A stretch of DNA of 57,688 nt, counting the filler, from Deltaproteobacteria bacterium (GTDB taxonomy: Bacteria > CG2-30-53-67): the NCBI GenBank assembly GCA_013151235.1. It is 3 parts of 3 records of this genome, joined end to end, with 100 filler letters (N's around TTAATTAATTAA, not from the genome) between each part and the next. Parts side by side here need not be neighbours in the genome. Positions count along the whole stretch, not along the records: positions 37,858 to 57,688 come from JAADIO010000007.1; 2 more parts are not named here. One strand, 5' to 3'. Position numbers and translations under genes: made by a program. The notes beneath the pieces were generated by a model. It did no database searches. It saw only the letters and a program-made list of their open reading frames with translations, and was not told where the DNA came from. This document shows positions 37,858 to 48,515 of this stretch, piece by piece (positions within the stretch are counted from its first letter, which is position 1; every line of letters starts with the position of its first letter).

Positions 37858-39180
37858 ATCCAGAAGATTGTCGAGAATCTTTTGAAAAACATCCCCGGGA
37901 TCGGGGAATCGATGCTGAAGGTGGCGAAACGGCTGGAGGATTCGCTGAAAGGACTGGTGGTTCCCGGCATGGTCTTCGAGGAACTTGGGTTCGAGTATGT
38001 CGGGCCGATTCAGGGACATCGTTTTGACCGGTTGATTCAGACCTTCGAAAATGTGAAGAAGCTCAACCGGCCGGTCCTGGTCCATGTGGCGACACAGAAG
38101 GGAAAGGGGTATGAGCCGGCCGAAGAAAGGCCTTCTCTTTTTCACGGCGTGGGACCCTTCGACCGGGAGACGGGACTCCTCCGGAAAAAACCGGACGGCC
38201 CCCCGGCCTATACGGAGGTTTTCGGCAGGATCCTGACCCGTCTGGCCTTCGAAGACGAGAAGATCGTCGCCGTTTCCGCAGCCATGCCGGGAGGCACGGG
38301 ACTGAAATATTTTGCCGGGAAGTTTCCCGAACGGTTCTACGACGTCGGAATCGCCGAGCAGCACGGCGTGACCTTCTCGGGCGGGCTGGCGGCGGAAGGG
38401 TTCAAGCCGGTGGCGGCAATTTACTCCACTTTCCTGCAGCGGGCGTACGACCAGATTGTCCATGATGTCTGTCTGCCCGATCTTCCCGTGGTCTTTGCCC
38501 TGGATCGGGCCGGACTCGTCGGAGACGACGGGCCGACCCATCACGGCAATTTCGATCTTTCCTATCTGAGGCATATACCCAATCTGATTGTCATGTCTCC
38601 CAAGGATGAGAATGAACTTCAGAACATGATCAAGACGGCCCTCGATTGCGGCCATCCTGCGGCGGTCCGTTATCCGAGGGGGACCGGGGAGGGGGTGGAA
38701 CTTGATCCCTACCCGAGGGCGCTGACCGTCGGGGAAGCCGAGCGTTTGACCCTTGGGTCGGATGCGGCCATCTTCGCCGTCGGCCATACCGTAAATCCTG
38801 CCTTACGTGCGGCGAGATTGCTCAATCGGAAGGGGATTCATGTCTCGGTCATCAACGCCCGATTCATCAAGCCGGTGGACCGAAAGATGATTCGGGAACT
38901 GGCCGAAGAGACGGACTGTTTCGTCACGGTGGAAGAGAACTCTCTTCTCGGCGGATTCGGGAGCGCCGTCCTTGAGGTGATTGCAGAGGAAAGGCTTTGG
39001 GACCTGCGTGTTCATCGGATCGGTCTGCCCGACCATTTTATTGAACAGGGGCCGCAGGATCTGCTGCGCAGAAAATACGGACTCGACGAGAAGGGGATTG
39101 CCCGTCAGGTGGAACGTTTTCTGCGTACCCGGCGTACGGATCCCGCCCTTGACTTTCTGCATGAAAACAAGAATCGATAA
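37858..39180 (+). CDS. dxs: 1-deoxy-D-xylulose-5-phosphate synthase (5'-truncated)
   Basis: [46 protein letters not shown]. Confidence 0.97.
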   Translation: MQKIVENLLKNIPGIGESMLKVAKRLEDSLKGLVVPGMVFEELGFEYVGPIQGHRFDRLIQTFENVKKLNRPVLVHVATQKGKGYEPAEERPSLFHGVGPFDRETGLLRKKPDGPPAYTEVFGRILTRLAFEDEKIVAVSAAMPGGTGLKYFAGKFPERFYDVGIAEQHGVTFSGGLAAEGFKPVAAIYSTFLQRAYDQIVHDVCLPDLPVVFALDRAGLVGDDGPTHHGNFDLSYLRHIPNLIVMSPKDENELQNMIKTALDCGHPAAVRYPRGTGEGVELDPYPRALTVGEAERLTLGSDAAIFAVGHTVNPALRAARLLNRKGIHVSVINARFIKPVDRKMIRELAEETDCFVTVEENSLLGGFGSAVLEVIAEERLWDLRVHRIGLPDHFIEQGPQDLLRRKYGLDEKGIARQVERFLRTRRTDPALDFLHENKNR

Positions 39181-39889
39181 ACTCCTTGTGAGTCGTCATC
39201 TGGCGCCCAGCCGGGAAAAGGCCCGGGCCATGATCCTGGCCGGGCAGGTGATCGTGGATGACAAACGGGTGGACAAGCCGGGAACCCTGGTGGAAACGGA
39301 AGATGCGATCCGGGTTCGTGACGGTGGAAATCCCTACGTAAGCCGCGGCGGGCTGAAGCTGGCAAAGGCGCTTCAAACCTTTCAGCCCGAGCTTCATGGC
39401 AAGGTGACGCTTGATGTGGGCGCCTCCACCGGGGGGTTCACCGACTGTCTTCTCCGAGGCGGGGTGAAAAAGGTCTACGCCCTTGATGTGGGCTATGGGC
39501 AGCTTGCCTGGTCGCTCCGCCAGGATCCCAGGGTGGTCGCCATCGAGCGGACCAATATCCGGCATGTCACGCCTGCAATCCTGCCGGAGCCCTTTGATCT
39601 TGTCACGATTGATGTCGCCTTTATCTCCCTGACCTATGTGTTGCCGGTTGTGACTCCGCTGTTGAAGGATCATGGAGAGATCATTGCACTGATCAAACCG
39701 CAATTTGAAGTCGGAAAAGGGGAGGTCGGGAAGAATGGGGTTGTGCGGGATCCTGCGAAGCATGAAGCCGTGGTGGAGAAGATCAGGTCTTTTGCGGAAG
39801 GGATCGGTCTTGTGCCTTCAGGTGTGATCGAGTCACCGATCCTGGGACCGAAGGGGAACAGGGAGTTTGTGATTTATTTGAAGGGGTAG
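39161..39889 (+). CDS. tlyA: TlyA-family rRNA (cytidine-2'-O)-methyltransferase
   Basis: S4 domain; [34 protein letters not shown]. Confidence 0.96.
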   Translation: MKTRIDKLLVSRHLAPSREKARAMILAGQVIVDDKRVDKPGTLVETEDAIRVRDGGNPYVSRGGLKLAKALQTFQPELHGKVTLDVGASTGGFTDCLLRGGVKKVYALDVGYGQLAWSLRQDPRVVAIERTNIRHVTPAILPEPFDLVTIDVAFISLTYVLPVVTPLLKDHGEIIALIKPQFEVGKGEVGKNGVVRDPAKHEAVVEKIRSFAEGIGLVPSGVIESPILGPKGNREFVIYLKG

Positions 39890-40011
39890 GGCAAAAGAAC
39901 AAAGGCACAGAGGGGCAAAGGGGCAAAGGCACAGAGGCAAGGGCAAAGGCATGAACCACGGGGAACACGGGGAAAATACAAAATGAAAAACAAAAGATGA
40001 AAGATGAAAAG
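39890..40011 (+). repeat. Purine-rich dispersed repeat between tlyA and udg
   Basis: Same GGCACAGAGGGGCAAAGGGG units and 25-nt core as 25360-25500, followed by AAAGATG tandem units. Confidence 0.85.
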
Positions 40012-40715
40012 ATGAATCCCAACTCCCCCCGTGACGAAATGTTGCAGATCGTCGGTGATCTGAAGCGCCGTCTTTCTCTTCAGATGCCGGAAATCCCTTG
40101 GTGTGATGTGGTGCAGGAGGATGCGGAGAGGGGAGGTAAATCGATGGCGGCGGTGGATCATACTCTTGAACGTGCAACCACTCTGGATGAGGTGCGGGCG
40201 ATTCTCGGTGACTGCACCCGCTGCCGTCTGCATGAAAAACGGCAAAAGATTGTTTTCGGACAGGGCAATCCCGATGCCCGTCTGATGTTCGTTGGGGAAG
40301 GTCCCGGCGCCGATGAAGACCGTCAGGGGCTCGCCTTTGTCGGGAGGGCCGGGCAGCTTCTGACAAAGATCATTGCCGCCATCGGTTTGAGCCGTGAGGA
40401 GGTTTTTATCGCTAATATCGTTAAGTGCCGTCCACCGGGAAACCGGGATCCCCAGGAGGATGAGATCCGGGAATGCATCCCGTTTCTCAAGGCACAGATC
40501 AACGTGATCCGGCCGAAGATTATCTGTACACTCGGGGCGCCGGCGTCGAAGACGAGACCACCGCGCCGATCTCAAAACTGCGCGGCCGGTTCCACGACAT
40601 GGACGGGATTGCTGTGATGCCGACCTATCATCCAGCCTACCTTCTCCGGAATCCCGCGCAGAAGAGACCTGTATGGGAAGACATGCAAAAGGTGCAGGCT
40701 TTCTATCAGGAGTGA
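39997..40715 (+). pseudogene. Family-4 (Fe-S) uracil-DNA glycosylase, frameshifted near 40554
   Basis: C..C.L, GEGPG, VKCRPP.NR.P and TLG are in one frame; ISKLRG..PTYHPAYLLRNP continues in another. Confidence 0.85.
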
Positions 40716-40727
40716 GTCCGGAGCTTT

Positions 40728-42650
40728 ATGGAAGGGGGGAGGGGGGATTTGTCATCTTTCGACCGGTTCCGGCCGGCCGGCGATCGGGAAGGTTTCATGA
40801 AACAGATTCTTGAAGAGAGTGCAAAAGATGCCGGATCACTGAAATATGTTCGTCTTCACCGTCAGGAAATCGGTGAACTCTTCGGGGATCCTCTGCCGCG
40901 CCTGCCTCATGGGGATGAAGGAGCCGACGGCCGGTACAGAATCCATGTGGACTTTTTTGCCTCCTTCGGTCTTCTCGTGCGGGAATGGTTGCAGTCTGCC
41001 TCGCAAAGTGTTTCGGAATCCGTCGATCTTGCTGCCGGGGAGGATCCTTCCGGAAAACTCCTCGATGCGTTGACAAAGGTGGGAGTCCGGGCTGTCTTGC
41101 AGGGACGCCGGAATGGGCTATATAATCTCTTTTTCCTTTCTCTCTCCAAGGTCTTCGCCGAGGCCGTCAACGATTTCTATTCCCGGGGCGGCCGGAAGCC
41201 TTATCACAAGTTTCTTCTCCACCCGGCGCTCTCCGCCCTGTTGGTCCAGGTTCACCAACGGGTCCGGCAGGAAGTGGAGACCACAAAGCCCGGGGCCGCC
41301 GCCTTTCACCTCGGAACCGACTTCAACGATTCCCTGCTGCGGGCGGTCCTTTATGATCAGCTTTCCTGTGTGACCACCGAACGGGAAGATGTGACCGTCG
41401 AAAATGTCCTGGGTATTTGTAACCCTCGTTTTCCGCTTGCACTGGAAGGTTTCAGGGAGATTTATCGAATTCTGCGAAAGCGGCTCCAGCAGGTTCTGGA
41501 TGGGCGCCGGGAATCGGGAAGAGAGGAACTGGAAACGATACTCGGCGTTGAAGACCTGTCGGAGCAGTCTCCGGCCGTACTTCTGAATCAACCGGGCGTA
41601 CTCCGTTATCTCTTCCTGGATTATGAAAATGTAGGCAAACCGATTCGCTCTTCCCGGTTATTGCGCGGGCAGGGAATTTCTTACGCCTTCCTTTGCACAA
41701 CATATCTGGATCTGATTACCGTCCTGAAACGGAATGAAGTTATTCAGTTGCTGAAGAGACGTGTAGAGATCCTCTCCGATCGTCAGGCGGCCCGTTCCGA
41801 GGAACTCTACAGTGCCGGGAGTCTCTACCGTTTCTTTGAAGAGGGAAGGATCCTGAACGATGCACGGGAGGTCACCACCGTCTTCCTCGATCTGCGGGGG
41901 TTTACGAGCAAGTCCGAGGAAGCGATCTCCGCCGAGGAGTTGACGGATCAGCTCTATGCCCTCTTTGACCCGATTGTCCCGTTGGTGCATGAGTTCAATG
42001 GTGAGATCGATAAATTTACCGGTGACGGGATGATGATCACCTTCGGTGTGGGCGGCCGGAAAAAAGCGGACCCTTTGAATGCGCTTCGCTTGGCCATCCG
42101 GGTTCAGGAGAACGTCCGGGCCTTGCGCAGTTCCGGCAAAACGGAGTTTGAGATGGGAATCTCCATCCATTCGGGAACCGTTTTCGTGGCCCATTTCTTT
42201 GCCGGGGATGAGAGTGTTGACCGGACGGTGATCGGTCGGAATGTCAATATCGCCGGGCGTCTCTCCTCCGCCGGAGATCTTGTCCGGCATGAACGGGAGA
42301 AGCAGGAATTTGATGATCTGGTAAATTCTCTCTCGCTCAGTCTGGGACATGAAGAGGATCGGTCCGGGTTTCTGAAAACAGTCCGGACCCGGAAAAATAT
42401 CGGTCGGCCGATCTCCGGGGTTTCCGTCGATGGAGAGGGAAACCTCTACAACCAGGGAGTGGTCGTCAGCCATCAGACGGTGGAAACAATCGGGAAACTT
42501 GTAACGCTTCAGTCCGGCGAAGATCAGGAGATGGGCTTTCTCTATTTTCGCGATCCCGTTCTCGACCGGACCGTCAGCCTCTATTATGTCGGCGACGTCA
42601 AGTTCAAGGGAGTGGAGAGCGCCTTTCCGGTCTATGCGGTACTGCTGTGA
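40728..42650 (+). CDS. Class III nucleotide (probably adenylate) cyclase with a long soluble N-terminal region
   Basis: VFLDLRGFT, IDKFTGDG, GISIHSG, TVIG.NVNIAGRL, KFKG; no TM evident; start uncertain (40728 or 40797). Confidence 0.88.
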   Translation: MEGGRGDLSSFDRFRPAGDREGFMKQILEESAKDAGSLKYVRLHRQEIGELFGDPLPRLPHGDEGADGRYRIHVDFFASFGLLVREWLQSASQSVSESVDLAAGEDPSGKLLDALTKVGVRAVLQGRRNGLYNLFFLSLSKVFAEAVNDFYSRGGRKPYHKFLLHPALSALLVQVHQRVRQEVETTKPGAAAFHLGTDFNDSLLRAVLYDQLSCVTTEREDVTVENVLGICNPRFPLALEGFREIYRILRKRLQQVLDGRRESGREELETILGVEDLSEQSPAVLLNQPGVLRYLFLDYENVGKPIRSSRLLRGQGISYAFLCTTYLDLITVLKRNEVIQLLKRRVEILSDRQAARSEELYSAGSLYRFFEEGRILNDAREVTTVFLDLRGFTSKSEEAISAEELTDQLYALFDPIVPLVHEFNGEIDKFTGDGMMITFGVGGRKKADPLNALRLAIRVQENVRALRSSGKTEFEMGISIHSGTVFVAHFFAGDESVDRTVIGRNVNIAGRLSSAGDLVRHEREKQEFDDLVNSLSLSLGHEEDRSGFLKTVRTRKNIGRPISGVSVDGEGNLYNQGVVVSHQTVETIGKLVTLQSGEDQEMGFLYFRDPVLDRTVSLYYVGDVKFKGVESAFPVYAVLL

Positions 42651-42688
42651 TGTGCAATCTTTGCGAACACAATTTTTCTTCTTTTCTG

Positions 42689-42717
42689 TTGTCCCATCCT
42701 GAAAAATGTTTTATAAT
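42689..42717 (+). promoter_or_regulatory. sigma70 promoter of the glycosylation operon
   Basis: TTGTCC-N17-TATAAT. Confidence 0.6.
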
Positions 42718-42808
42718 TTAAGAAGTTAGCGGTCAGGTGGTGAAAAGTTTGTGAGCGTTCGCTGCAATCTTTCTTCTTTTCCTTCAGAATTTTATTGAGT
42801 TCGTAATT

Positions 42809-43753
42809 ATGCCGAAACCGATGATCTCCGTCGTGGTTCCCGTCTATGACGAGGAGGGGAGCCTTGAAGTGCTTGCTTCTGAAATCCGAACGGTCCTTGG
42901 TCCCCTGCCGAACGAATACGAAGTGATTTTCGTGAATGACGGCAGCCGGGACGGTTCCACTGCGAGATTGGCGGCCTTGCATAAAGACGATCCCACGGTG
43001 AAGGTGGTGGAACTGCGAGATAACTTCGGGAAATCGGTCGCCCTGTCGGTGGGATTCGAGCACGCGAACGGGGAGATCATCTTCACCATGGACGCCGACC
43101 TGCAGGACGATCCGAAGGAGATTCCCCGGTTTCTGGAAAAAATAGAGGAAGGTTACGACCTTGTCTCCGGCTGGAAATTCAAGCGCCACGACCCGGTGGG
43201 CAAGACATTCCCTTCGAAGATCTTCAACCGGGTCGTTTCCATGATGACCGGTATCAAACTGCACGATTTCAACTGCGGTTTCAAATGCTACCGGCGGGTG
43301 GTCGTGCAAAATGTCCGGATCTACGGTGAACTGCACCGCTTCGTCCCGGTCCTGGCCCGCTGGAAAGGGTTCCGGGTGGCGGAGATCAAGGTCGATCATC
43401 ACCCGAGGCTGCACGGGGTATCCAAGTACGGAGTGGAGCGGTTTACGCGCGGGTTCCTCGATCTGCTGACAGTTCTCTTCCTGACCCGCTACCTGAAACG
43501 GCCGCTCCACCTCTTCGGGGGAATCGGCCTCTTCTGTCTGGTCCCCGGTCTGCTCCTGAGCGCATGGTTCGTGATTCAATGGCTGATCGGTGTTCCCATG
43601 CATGTCCGGCCCTTCATGGTCTTCGGCTGGGTGGCGATCATCCTCGGCATACAGTTCATCTCAATGGGGCTTTTGGGGGAGATGCTGATCCATTCGTTTC
43701 ACACCTATAAGCAGCGGGAAGACCCGTCGATTATCCGTAGAACCATGCTGTAG
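42809..43753 (+). CDS. GT2 polyprenol-phosphate glycosyltransferase (ArnC/GtrB/DPM1-like)
   Basis: VVVPVYDE, VNDGS.D, NFGK..AL..G, MDADLQDDP, DFNCGFK, ELHRF.P; two C-terminal TMs. Confidence 0.92.
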   Translation: MPKPMISVVVPVYDEEGSLEVLASEIRTVLGPLPNEYEVIFVNDGSRDGSTARLAALHKDDPTVKVVELRDNFGKSVALSVGFEHANGEIIFTMDADLQDDPKEIPRFLEKIEEGYDLVSGWKFKRHDPVGKTFPSKIFNRVVSMMTGIKLHDFNCGFKCYRRVVVQNVRIYGELHRFVPVLARWKGFRVAEIKVDHHPRLHGVSKYGVERFTRGFLDLLTVLFLTRYLKRPLHLFGGIGLFCLVPGLLLSAWFVIQWLIGVPMHVRPFMVFGWVAIILGIQFISMGLLGEMLIHSFHTYKQREDPSIIRRTML

Positions 43754-43831
43754 AATTTCTGTACGGAAGAAGAGATTGATCTACCGGGAAACAGGCCGAT
43801 ATGTACAGGATCCGCTCCCTGGAGTTGTGTA

Positions 43832-45130
43832 TTGTTCAATGGGATGATGAATAGAGGTGACACTCTTGCGAAGAAAAGGCTCCTGTCAAACTTCGCTTCG
43901 CTTTCCGTCCTTCAGGGGGCGAATTACCTGTTGCCCTTCATAACCCTTCCCTATCTTGTCCGTGTTCTTGGGCCGGAGAAGTTCGGGCTTGTCGCCTTCG
44001 CCCAGGCCTTTATACAGTATTTCAATATCCTGACCGATTACGGGTTCAACCTTTCGGCTACCCGCGAGATATCCATACACAGGGAAGATGGTAACGAGTT
44101 GTCCGGGATATTCAGCGCCGTCATGATGATAAAGCTTGCACTGCTGGCCCTGTCGGCGGTCATCATGTTATGCATCGTCTTTTCTTTCGGCAGGTTCTAT
44201 CAGCAACGGCTGGTATATTACTATGCCTTCGGCATGGTGGCGGGGCAGTGCATATTCCCCGTCTGGTTTTTTCAGGGGATGGAAAGGATGAAATATATCA
44301 CCTTCCTGAATATATCGGCCAGGCTGATCTTCACAGTCTGCATCTTTGTCTTCGTTCATGACGTGAATGATTACATCTATGTACCCCTGATCAACTCACT
44401 GGGTTTCATGACGGCAGGCATTCTCGCCTTCGTGATCGTCTTTAAGGACTTCCACGTGCGGTTTACACTCCCTTCCGTGGAAAGGATAAGGCACCAGTTG
44501 AAAGAAGGTTGGCATATATTCATCTCCACCGTTGCAATCAGCCTGTACACGACCTCCAATACGTTCATACTGGGGCTCCTGACCAATGACACCATCGTAG
44601 GGTACTATTCCGCGGCGGAGAAGATCATCAGGGCCGTACAGGGGCTGTTGACTCCGGTCTCCCAGGCGGTCTATCCCTATGTAAGCCGGTTGATTCATAC
44701 GGCGAGGGGAGAGGGGATCCGGTTCCTGCGCAGAATGACGGTCATGGTCGGAGGTGTAAGTTTCGTCCTTTCTGCGATCATCTTTTTCTCGGCGGGTATA
44801 ATCGTAAGGCTGGTTCTGGGCGGCCGGTATTCGGAATCCGTTGCGGTCCTGAGGATACTCTCCTTCCTCCCCTTTGTCATTGCGTTGAGCAACATATTCG
44901 GGATCCAGACCATGCTGAACCTGGGTTACAAGAAGGCTTTCTCCAGGATATTAATCGGTGCGAGTCTGTTGAATATCGTCCTTGCGTTCATCCTTGTTCC
45001 TCCGTTCCGGCAGACAGGCATATCCTTTGCCGTCCTGGTTTCGGAGACCGTCGTTACGGTTTCCATGTTTGTCTACCTGCAAGGAAGAGGGATCCGGATG
45101 TTGGGAGGCAAGGTATGCCGGACTATATAG
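43832..45130 (+). CDS. wzx: Wzx/RfbX-type oligosaccharide flippase
   Basis: N..SL..LQ..NYLLP.ITLPYLVRVLG...FG; DYGFNLSATR; WFFQGME.M; VGYYSAAEK; multi-TM. Confidence 0.92.
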   Translation: MFNGMMNRGDTLAKKRLLSNFASLSVLQGANYLLPFITLPYLVRVLGPEKFGLVAFAQAFIQYFNILTDYGFNLSATREISIHREDGNELSGIFSAVMMIKLALLALSAVIMLCIVFSFGRFYQQRLVYYYAFGMVAGQCIFPVWFFQGMERMKYITFLNISARLIFTVCIFVFVHDVNDYIYVPLINSLGFMTAGILAFVIVFKDFHVRFTLPSVERIRHQLKEGWHIFISTVAISLYTTSNTFILGLLTNDTIVGYYSAAEKIIRAVQGLLTPVSQAVYPYVSRLIHTARGEGIRFLRRMTVMVGGVSFVLSAIIFFSAGIIVRLVLGGRYSESVAVLRILSFLPFVIALSNIFGIQTMLNLGYKKAFSRILIGASLLNIVLAFILVPPFRQTGISFAVLVSETVVTVSMFVYLQGRGIRMLGGKVCRTI

Positions 45131-46263
45131 TAGTGGGATCAGGTTTCGCGGGAAGTGTAATCGCAGAGCGGATCGCGAACGTCCTTGACCGCAATGTCCT
45201 GGTGATAGAGAAAAGGAGTCATGTCGGCGGCAACTGTTATGATTCCAGGGATGCAACCGGTATCCTGGTCCACCGTTACGGCCCTCATCTCTTCCACACG
45301 AACCGGAAGGACGTCTTTGACTATCTTTCCGGTTTTACCGGCTGGCGTACATACCATCACCGGGTCCTGGCCTGTGTAGGCGACAGGAAGATACCCCTGC
45401 CGTTCGATCTGAAGACATTACACATGGTATTTCCTGAAGAGACGGCGGCAGGGATCGAGAGCAGACTCGTCAGACGTTATCAATACGGCACAAAGGTTCC
45501 CATCCTGGATCTCATGAAGGAGGATGACCCCTCCTTAAGGCTGCTTGCGGATTATATATACAACAATATATTCCTGAATTACACGGCAAAGCAGTGGGGA
45601 GTAAGGCCGGAGGATGTGGATCCTGCGGTGACCGCCAGGGTGCCGGTCCTTGTCGGCAGGAACGACGGATATTTCGATGATCGTTACCAGGCGGTTCCTG
45701 AAGAAGGCTATTCCAGGATGTTTGAATGTATGCTGGATCATCCGAAGATTGAGCTGATGCCGGGCACCGACTCCGGTGATGTGCTGTCCGTCAACCCCAC
45801 GACCGGCAGGATATATTTCAAGGGGGTGGAGTTCAGGGGCAAGGTCGTCTTCACCGGCATGATTGATGAACTCTTCGGTTTCAAACTGGGGGCGCTTTCC
45901 TACCGTTCCTTGGACCTGGAGTTCGAGACGCTTGATCAGGAATATTACCAGGAGGTCGCCACCGTTAATTATCCCAACGATCATGCCTTCACGAGGATCA
46001 CCGAGTTCAGGCATATTCACCCGGTGGATGTAAACAGGACGGTCATCCTGAAAGAATATCCGAAGACATACAGGGCGGGAAGGGATATACCTTACTATCC
46101 TGCTCTTACGAATGAAACCGCTGATCTATATGAAAAATACAAGGCTCTTGCCGCCCGGTCAGAAAACCTGGTCCTCGTCGGGAGACTGGCGGAGTACAAG
46201 TATTATGACATGGACGATATCGTCAAGAGGTCGCTGGATCTGTTCGAGGAAGAAATCAGGTGA
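45115..46263 (+). CDS. glf: UDP-galactopyranose mutase
   Basis: VGSGFAG, GGNCYD, H.YGPHLFHT, NYT.KQWG, YRSL, TRITEF, PYYP, GRLAEYKYYDMD. Confidence 0.96.
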   Translation: MPDYIVVGSGFAGSVIAERIANVLDRNVLVIEKRSHVGGNCYDSRDATGILVHRYGPHLFHTNRKDVFDYLSGFTGWRTYHHRVLACVGDRKIPLPFDLKTLHMVFPEETAAGIESRLVRRYQYGTKVPILDLMKEDDPSLRLLADYIYNNIFLNYTAKQWGVRPEDVDPAVTARVPVLVGRNDGYFDDRYQAVPEEGYSRMFECMLDHPKIELMPGTDSGDVLSVNPTTGRIYFKGVEFRGKVVFTGMIDELFGFKLGALSYRSLDLEFETLDQEYYQEVATVNYPNDHAFTRITEFRHIHPVDVNRTVILKEYPKTYRAGRDIPYYPALTNETADLYEKYKALAARSENLVLVGRLAEYKYYDMDDIVKRSLDLFEEEIR

Positions 46264-46272
46264 GGAGAAGCT

Positions 46273-47301
46273 GTGAAAGATAGTGTATGTGCTGTCGTGG
46301 TTACCTATAACAGAAAACATCTTCTCATTGAATGCCTTGAAGCGCTTTTGAACCAGGCAAGACCGATACAGGCCATCTGTCTGATAGATAATCTTTCAAC
46401 CGATGGAACGCCTGAGTTGCTTTCAGCAAAAGGGTATATAGGTGATCTCCTTCCGGTCGATCTGCTGGAGCCTTTTGAACAGAAATGTGAGGTGAATAAT
46501 TCGGCCGATGGAAAGCCGGTAGAGATTTACTATGTGCGGATGCACGAAAATGTTGGTGGTGCGGGTGGATTCCATGAAGGACTAAAAAGAGCGTATGAAA
46601 GAGGATTTGATTGGTTCTGGTTGATGGATGATGATGCCGAACCCACGCAAGGATCCTTGGCGAAGTTGCAGGAACATTTCGGCGCGAATGATATCGCGGC
46701 ATTGGCATGCAGTGTACTGTCGGATGACGGTCGGATAGCCTATCATCACAGAGGTCTCATAGATCTGAGACGTGTTTTCCCTCTTCTACAAAAGCCGTTA
46801 TTGCAAGAAAGCTACACATCTTCCGTGGTAAAAATAGATATGGCCTCTTTCGTGGGATTGTTGGTCGGCAGAGAAGCCGTGAGCCGGATAGGTTATCCCA
46901 AGAAAGAATTTTTCATTCATCATGACGATGTCGAATACTCCATGCGACTGAGAAAAGCGGGAGAGATGCTTCTTGTTCCCGGTAGCAGGATGATCCATAA
47001 AGAGGCTGCACAATGTATACAAAAAAGATTTTTTGGGATGGATGTCGCCAGGATACCTTTTAATCGTTTTTGGCTTACATATTATGGTATGAGAAATCTG
47101 GTATGGCTGGGAAATCGCTACTCAAAAAACAGGGTTGGTTTCTATTCAGGATGGACCATCAAGTTGTTACGCACTATAACGGGGATATTGCTGCTGGACG
47201 ATAATAAGTTTCAACGCATTAGATTAGTTGTTCAAGCTTATCGTGACGGGTTGGGAGATACTTTTGACAATGATAAGCCGCGCAAGTATTCTTTTCTGTA
47301 A
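46273..47301 (+). CDS. GT2 glycosyltransferase, GlfT1-like (putative galactofuranosyltransferase)
   Basis: AVVVTYNR..L..CL, N.GGAGGF..G, WLMDDD, SFVG, DDVEY; directly after glf. Confidence 0.8.
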   Translation: MKDSVCAVVVTYNRKHLLIECLEALLNQARPIQAICLIDNLSTDGTPELLSAKGYIGDLLPVDLLEPFEQKCEVNNSADGKPVEIYYVRMHENVGGAGGFHEGLKRAYERGFDWFWLMDDDAEPTQGSLAKLQEHFGANDIAALACSVLSDDGRIAYHHRGLIDLRRVFPLLQKPLLQESYTSSVVKIDMASFVGLLVGREAVSRIGYPKKEFFIHHDDVEYSMRLRKAGEMLLVPGSRMIHKEAAQCIQKRFFGMDVARIPFNRFWLTYYGMRNLVWLGNRYSKNRVGFYSGWTIKLLRTITGILLLDDNKFQRIRLVVQAYRDGLGDTFDNDKPRKYSFL

Positions 47302-47334
47302 ATGTCTATTCTGTATACGAACGGTTGATCTATT

Positions 47335-48450
47335 ATGAGAATCTGTTACTTCGGCACGTACGAAAAGGACTATCCCCGCAACCGGATTGTGATCCGTGGG
47401 CTGCGCCGCAGCGGGATCGAGGTTGTGGAATGCCACTTCCCGCTCTGGGAGCGGAGGGAGGACAAGACCGGAGGTTTTCTCTCGGCGGGATCGTTGCTGG
47501 TCGTCGCCCTCCGTCTCATCCGGGCCTACCTGGTCCTTGCCGTGCGGTTCTTCCGGGCAGGAAGTTTTGATTGCCTTATGGTAGGATACATCGGGCAGAT
47601 GGATATCTTCCTCGCGAGATTCCTCCTTATGTTCAGAAGGCGCCCCCTGATATTCAACCCCCTCGTATCACTCTACGATACCCTCGTGATTGACCGGGGA
47701 ATCTTTCGCAGGGGTTCCATCACGGCCGGCCTTCTTTTCCGGATAGACCGGTGGTCCTTGCAACTGGCGGACCATGTGATCCTCGACACGAACGCCCATA
47801 TCGACTATATCTCCGGACTGTTCGGTATAGACCGCGCTAAATTCATCCGGGTCTTCGTCGGCGCCGACGAGGATATCTTTTTCCCGAGGGAGGCTCCGGA
47901 GAGGGACGACGGATCCTTCCGGGTCCTCTTCTACGGCAAGTTCATTCCGCTCCACGGCATCCATCACATACTTCATGCAGCTAAGGCCCTGGAGGGGGAT
48001 CCAACGATTCGTTTCCGGATCATAGGGCGGGGACAGCTCTCTGGCGAGATCCATGCACTCGCAGGAAAGCTGGATCTGAAGAACGTGGAGTTCGTCGATT
48101 GGGTTCCCTACGAAAAACTCCCGGAGGAGATCGCCGCGGCTGATCTTTGCCTCGGGATCTTCGGCGACACGGAAAAGACGCAGAGGGTGATCCCGAACAA
48201 GCTCTTCCAGGCCCTGGCCTGCGGCAGGCAGGTCTTGACGCTCGATACGCCGGCGGTGCGGGAGTTGGGGCCGGATCGCTCCGGATCCCTTTACACGGTT
48301 TTCTCACCTGGAGATCTTGTGGGAGTTATCCGCTATCTGGCGCTGCATCCTTCGGGACCAGGCATGCCCCTTGGTGGGGATATGAGAAGGCCGGCCTATG
48401 CCTGTCATGATCTTGTTGAGCCGCTTACCGCTGTCTTGGGCTGTTTGTAG
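47335..48450 (+). CDS. GT4 glycosyltransferase
   Basis: FYGKFIPLHG, D.CLGIFG...K..RVIPNK..QALA.G. Confidence 0.88.
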   Translation: MRICYFGTYEKDYPRNRIVIRGLRRSGIEVVECHFPLWERREDKTGGFLSAGSLLVVALRLIRAYLVLAVRFFRAGSFDCLMVGYIGQMDIFLARFLLMFRRRPLIFNPLVSLYDTLVIDRGIFRRGSITAGLLFRIDRWSLQLADHVILDTNAHIDYISGLFGIDRAKFIRVFVGADEDIFFPREAPERDDGSFRVLFYGKFIPLHGIHHILHAAKALEGDPTIRFRIIGRGQLSGEIHALAGKLDLKNVEFVDWVPYEKLPEEIAAADLCLGIFGDTEKTQRVIPNKLFQALACGRQVLTLDTPAVRELGPDRSGSLYTVFSPGDLVGVIRYLALHPSGPGMPLGGDMRRPAYACHDLVEPLTAVLGCL

Positions 48451-48515
48451 GAGAGTATGCCCGTACTCCTGGATTTACAGGGTGTGTTTTTCATTGATTG
48501 CAAGAGGAGCTGTTC

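Noticed and set aside
40540-40570. Programmed ribosomal frameshift in udg
   Set aside because: No slippery heptamer, and residues appear to be missing, which fits a deletion
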